Source of the DNA: Phaeosaccion multiseriatum
Lineage: Eukaryota > Protista > Ochrophyta, other classes
Reading direction: 5' to 3'
Length of the DNA stretch: 64,000 nucleotides
NCBI GenBank assembly: GCA_965112735.1
Contig: OZ218959.1
Location: 1,674,001 to 1,738,000 of the forward strand
The notes beneath the pieces are model-generated. The model searched no databases. It saw only the letters and a program-made list of their open reading frames with translations, and was not told the DNA's origin. Position 1 is the stretch's first letter, and each line of letters opens with the position of its first letter. The translations under genes and the position numbers were made by a program. Shown here piece by piece: positions 61,147 through 64,000 of the stretch.

Positions 61147-63175
61147 TTAGGCCTTCTCCTCCTCCTCCTCCTCCCCTCCCTTGTGGAGCGCCATGTCATC
61201 GGTCAACACCTTCTCCAGCAATGTGTTGAGCCTCGGCAACATGCTCCTCGAGTCGTCCACCATACCCGCGGCCACCATCGCATTCTCGAACATCTGCTCC
61301 GCCACAAGCTTCGCCACGTCAGGGTTGGTGGTACGCACGGCATACAAATGGCGTACAATGGCGTGCCCCGGATTCACCTCCAAGAGCTGGGCCTCCTGGA
61401 TAGCCAACTGCTCCGGTGTGGAGCCCGTCTGCGTCTGTAGCATCCGCATCATCTTGCGCATGGACCCACTTGCCTCCGAGCTGATGATCGCAGGCGAGTC
61501 ATACAGTCGGGTGGATGCCCGCACCTCCCTCAGCTTGCCTGGGAGAGCCTCTCTTTCCAGCCACTTGCCTAACACACCCATTTCATGCTCTGTCAGCGGC
61601 GCCCCCGCCGCCACCTCGCTCTCGTCCCTGCCCCTCGTACTGCTATCACCGCTCTTGCTACTACTGCTGCTACTGCTGTCAGCGTCCTTGCCCTCTTCCT
61701 CTCCCTCCTCCCCCTCCTTCTTGCTGCCTGGTTGCACTATGTCATCAAGAGAGGACGTTTCGGCGGTTACGAGTGGCCGGTCGTTGTATTGGGCGAGGTT
61801 CGTCATGACGAAGTCGTCGATAGCGGAGTAGATGAAAATCACCTCCCTGTGAATGTGTAAGCGCGTGAGCGTGAGGGTGTGTGTGTACGCGGGAGTGTGT
61901 GTGTGTGTGTGTGTGTGTGCGCGTGAGGGTGTGTGTGCGTGCATGCGTGAGGGTGTGTGTGTGCGTGGGAGTGGGAGTTTGTGTGTATTCGTATGTGTGT
62001 GTGTATGCGTATGTATTCCACAAGGGAGGGGGGGAGGGAGGGATAGAGGCGCAGGATGAGAAGGAGGAGGAGGATGGAGGAGAAGATGAAAAAGGAGGAG
62101 GATAAGCGAGGAGGAGGAGGAGGAGGAGGAGGAGGAGGAGGAGCAGGCGGAGGAGGAGAATGAGGAGGCTGCGACAAGACAAAAGGACAAGCAAGATAGG
62201 GCGTGAGCGTACCCATCTACACGTCTCTTATCTACATGTAGTGTCTTGATGTAACTGTGTAATTGTGAGTGTCTACATGTAACCGAATGTAACCGAATGA
62301 ACTCACGTGCCACTCCTCTTGAATGCCTCGTAGTAGGGAGAGGCCAGAGCAGTGGCCCGATCGGGCGCCAGGAGGAAGTAAATGCGCTTCTGCTCGGGAG
62401 TGCAGCGCCCAACGTAGTCATCGAGGCTACACAGCTCACCAGGAGAGCTGAGGGAGGGAGGGTGAGGGAGGGGGGGAGAGAGGATGAGGGACAGGGGGGA
62501 AAGGGAGGGAGGGGAGGGGAAGAGAGGGAGGGAGGGAGAAGGGGGAGAGGGAGGGTGAGGAAAAGAGGGAGAGAGAGGAAGGGTGAGGGACGGAGGGGAA
62601 CGGGAGAGAGAGGGAGGCGGGGGAGGAAGACACAGCAGGGAGGGAGAGAAGAGAGAGAGAGAGAGGAGAGGGAGAGAGATGAGAGAAAGAGAAGAGGGGG
62701 AGAGAGGAGAGAGAGACAGAGGGAAGCGAGAGAAGAGGGAGACAGAGAGGGAGAGGGAGTGAGGGACAGGGAGAGTACGGTACCTCTTGTTGGTCTCGAA
62801 GAGAAGGAGCTGTGCGATGTCCCTTTGGCTTTCGTAGTCCTGACACGCACCCTCCTTCAGAAACGCGCTGTACTCGCCCCAAAAGTCCTTGTACTGCTCA
62901 GGGAGGCAGGTGGGTAGGAAGGAAGGAAGGAAGGAAGGAAGGAAGATAGGTACGTAGGTAGGTAGGTAGGAAGGTCGATAGGAAGGTTGGGTACGTAGGA
63001 AAAGGTAGGAAGGTAGGGGGGTAGGCAAGTAGGTAGGTACGTATGGTGGACGAGGAGAAAGGGAGGGGAGGGACGTGAAGGGAGTTTCAGTATCAGTTCA
63101 TTGACCCTATTCAATACCACCCCCCCCCCCCTCTCCTCCTCCTCCTCCTCCTCCTCCTCCTCCTCCTCCTCCTCG

Positions 63176-63214
<39 letters not shown>

Positions 63215-64000
63215 TCACCTTGTCGATGTTCCTCTTCTTCATATCTTGCAAGTGCCGAATGACCTTTCGGGTGAGCACTCTGTTTAGTTTCTTGATGAGG
63301 GCTGAGTCCTGGGCAGTCTCACGGGACAGGCTCAAGGGAAGGTCTTCGCTGTCCACCACACCCTGTTATGGTGTTGGCGGGATGGCAGTGGATGGAGGTG
63401 GGTGAAGAAAGAAGAAAGGAAGGAAAGACCCAGTACGACAAGCCACGACGCAACGCCGAAAAGGCCAATGTCGACGAAGATGAGGAGGCGGAAACAAGAG
63501 GGCACGATGGGGGATGGGAGGATGCAGAGGGGGGAAGAAGCAAGCATATGAAGCAAAGACTGAGTGAGAAGGCTAGGCAACCACTCAATCGCCTCTACTC
63601 CACACCCCACTCCTCCTTCTCCTGCTCCTCCTCCTGCTCCTCCTCCTCCTCTTCCTCCTCCTGCTCCTCCTGCTCCTCCTCCTCCTCTTCCTCCTCCTCC
63701 TCCTCCTCCTCCTCCTCCTCCTCCTCCTCCTCCTCCTCCTCCTCCTTTTTTCCCTCCCCCACCGCCTGCTCCTCCCCCCCTTCCTCCTCCTTTCCCCCCT
63801 CCCCCACCGCCTGCTCCTCCCCCCCTTCCTCCTCCCTCCTTACCCTGATGAAGCGCAGCCACTCGGGCAGTATGTCGGGGTTTTTGGCGTCCACAAGCAC
63901 CTTGCGACAATACAGACTCACTCCCGGCTCCAACCTCCCCATTCCGAGCTTCTCTGCGTGGAACTCTGGGATGAAGAAGAGAGCCTTGAGTTCCAGGGGG
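61147..64000 (-). CDS. TRAP1: Mitochondrial HSP90 (TRAP1/HSP75), 3' part; N-terminus beyond window
   Basis: [106 protein letters not shown]; no MEEVD or HDEL at the C-terminus. Confidence 0.92.

Overview
Intron-rich, microsatellite-saturated eukaryotic DNA, most likely from a flagellated photosynthetic stramenopile (inferred from a bipartite signal+F-transit presequence on ArgRS and from CFAP20). Genes assembled by hand from GT-AG exons: a 5'-partial DUF4832-like GPI-anchored protein, beta'-COP (COPB2), organellar arginyl-tRNA synthetase, CFAP20, two inverted paralogous 4-TM claudin/amastin-like genes, a receptor-like GH16-CBM6-CBM6-TM-RanBP2 zinc-finger protein, cytosolic GAPDH, a giant coiled-coil protein and the 3' part of TRAP1. 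The two 4-TM paralogs flank a ~7 kb mobile-element island. It holds a non-autonomous LTR element with a Tf1-type self-priming PBS, capped by an inverted related LTR and embedded in (CCCT)n; two copies of a TCG-ended MITE (one with a 6-bp TSD); and a Copia RNase H remnant. Best leads: the self-priming element with inverted LTR ends, the glucanase-headed receptor, and the 5'/3' reverse-complement polarity of repeats and of a 10-mer motif inside introns. Most of the supplied ORFs are artefacts of simple repeats. All calls come from reading the sequence by eye; no searches were run.
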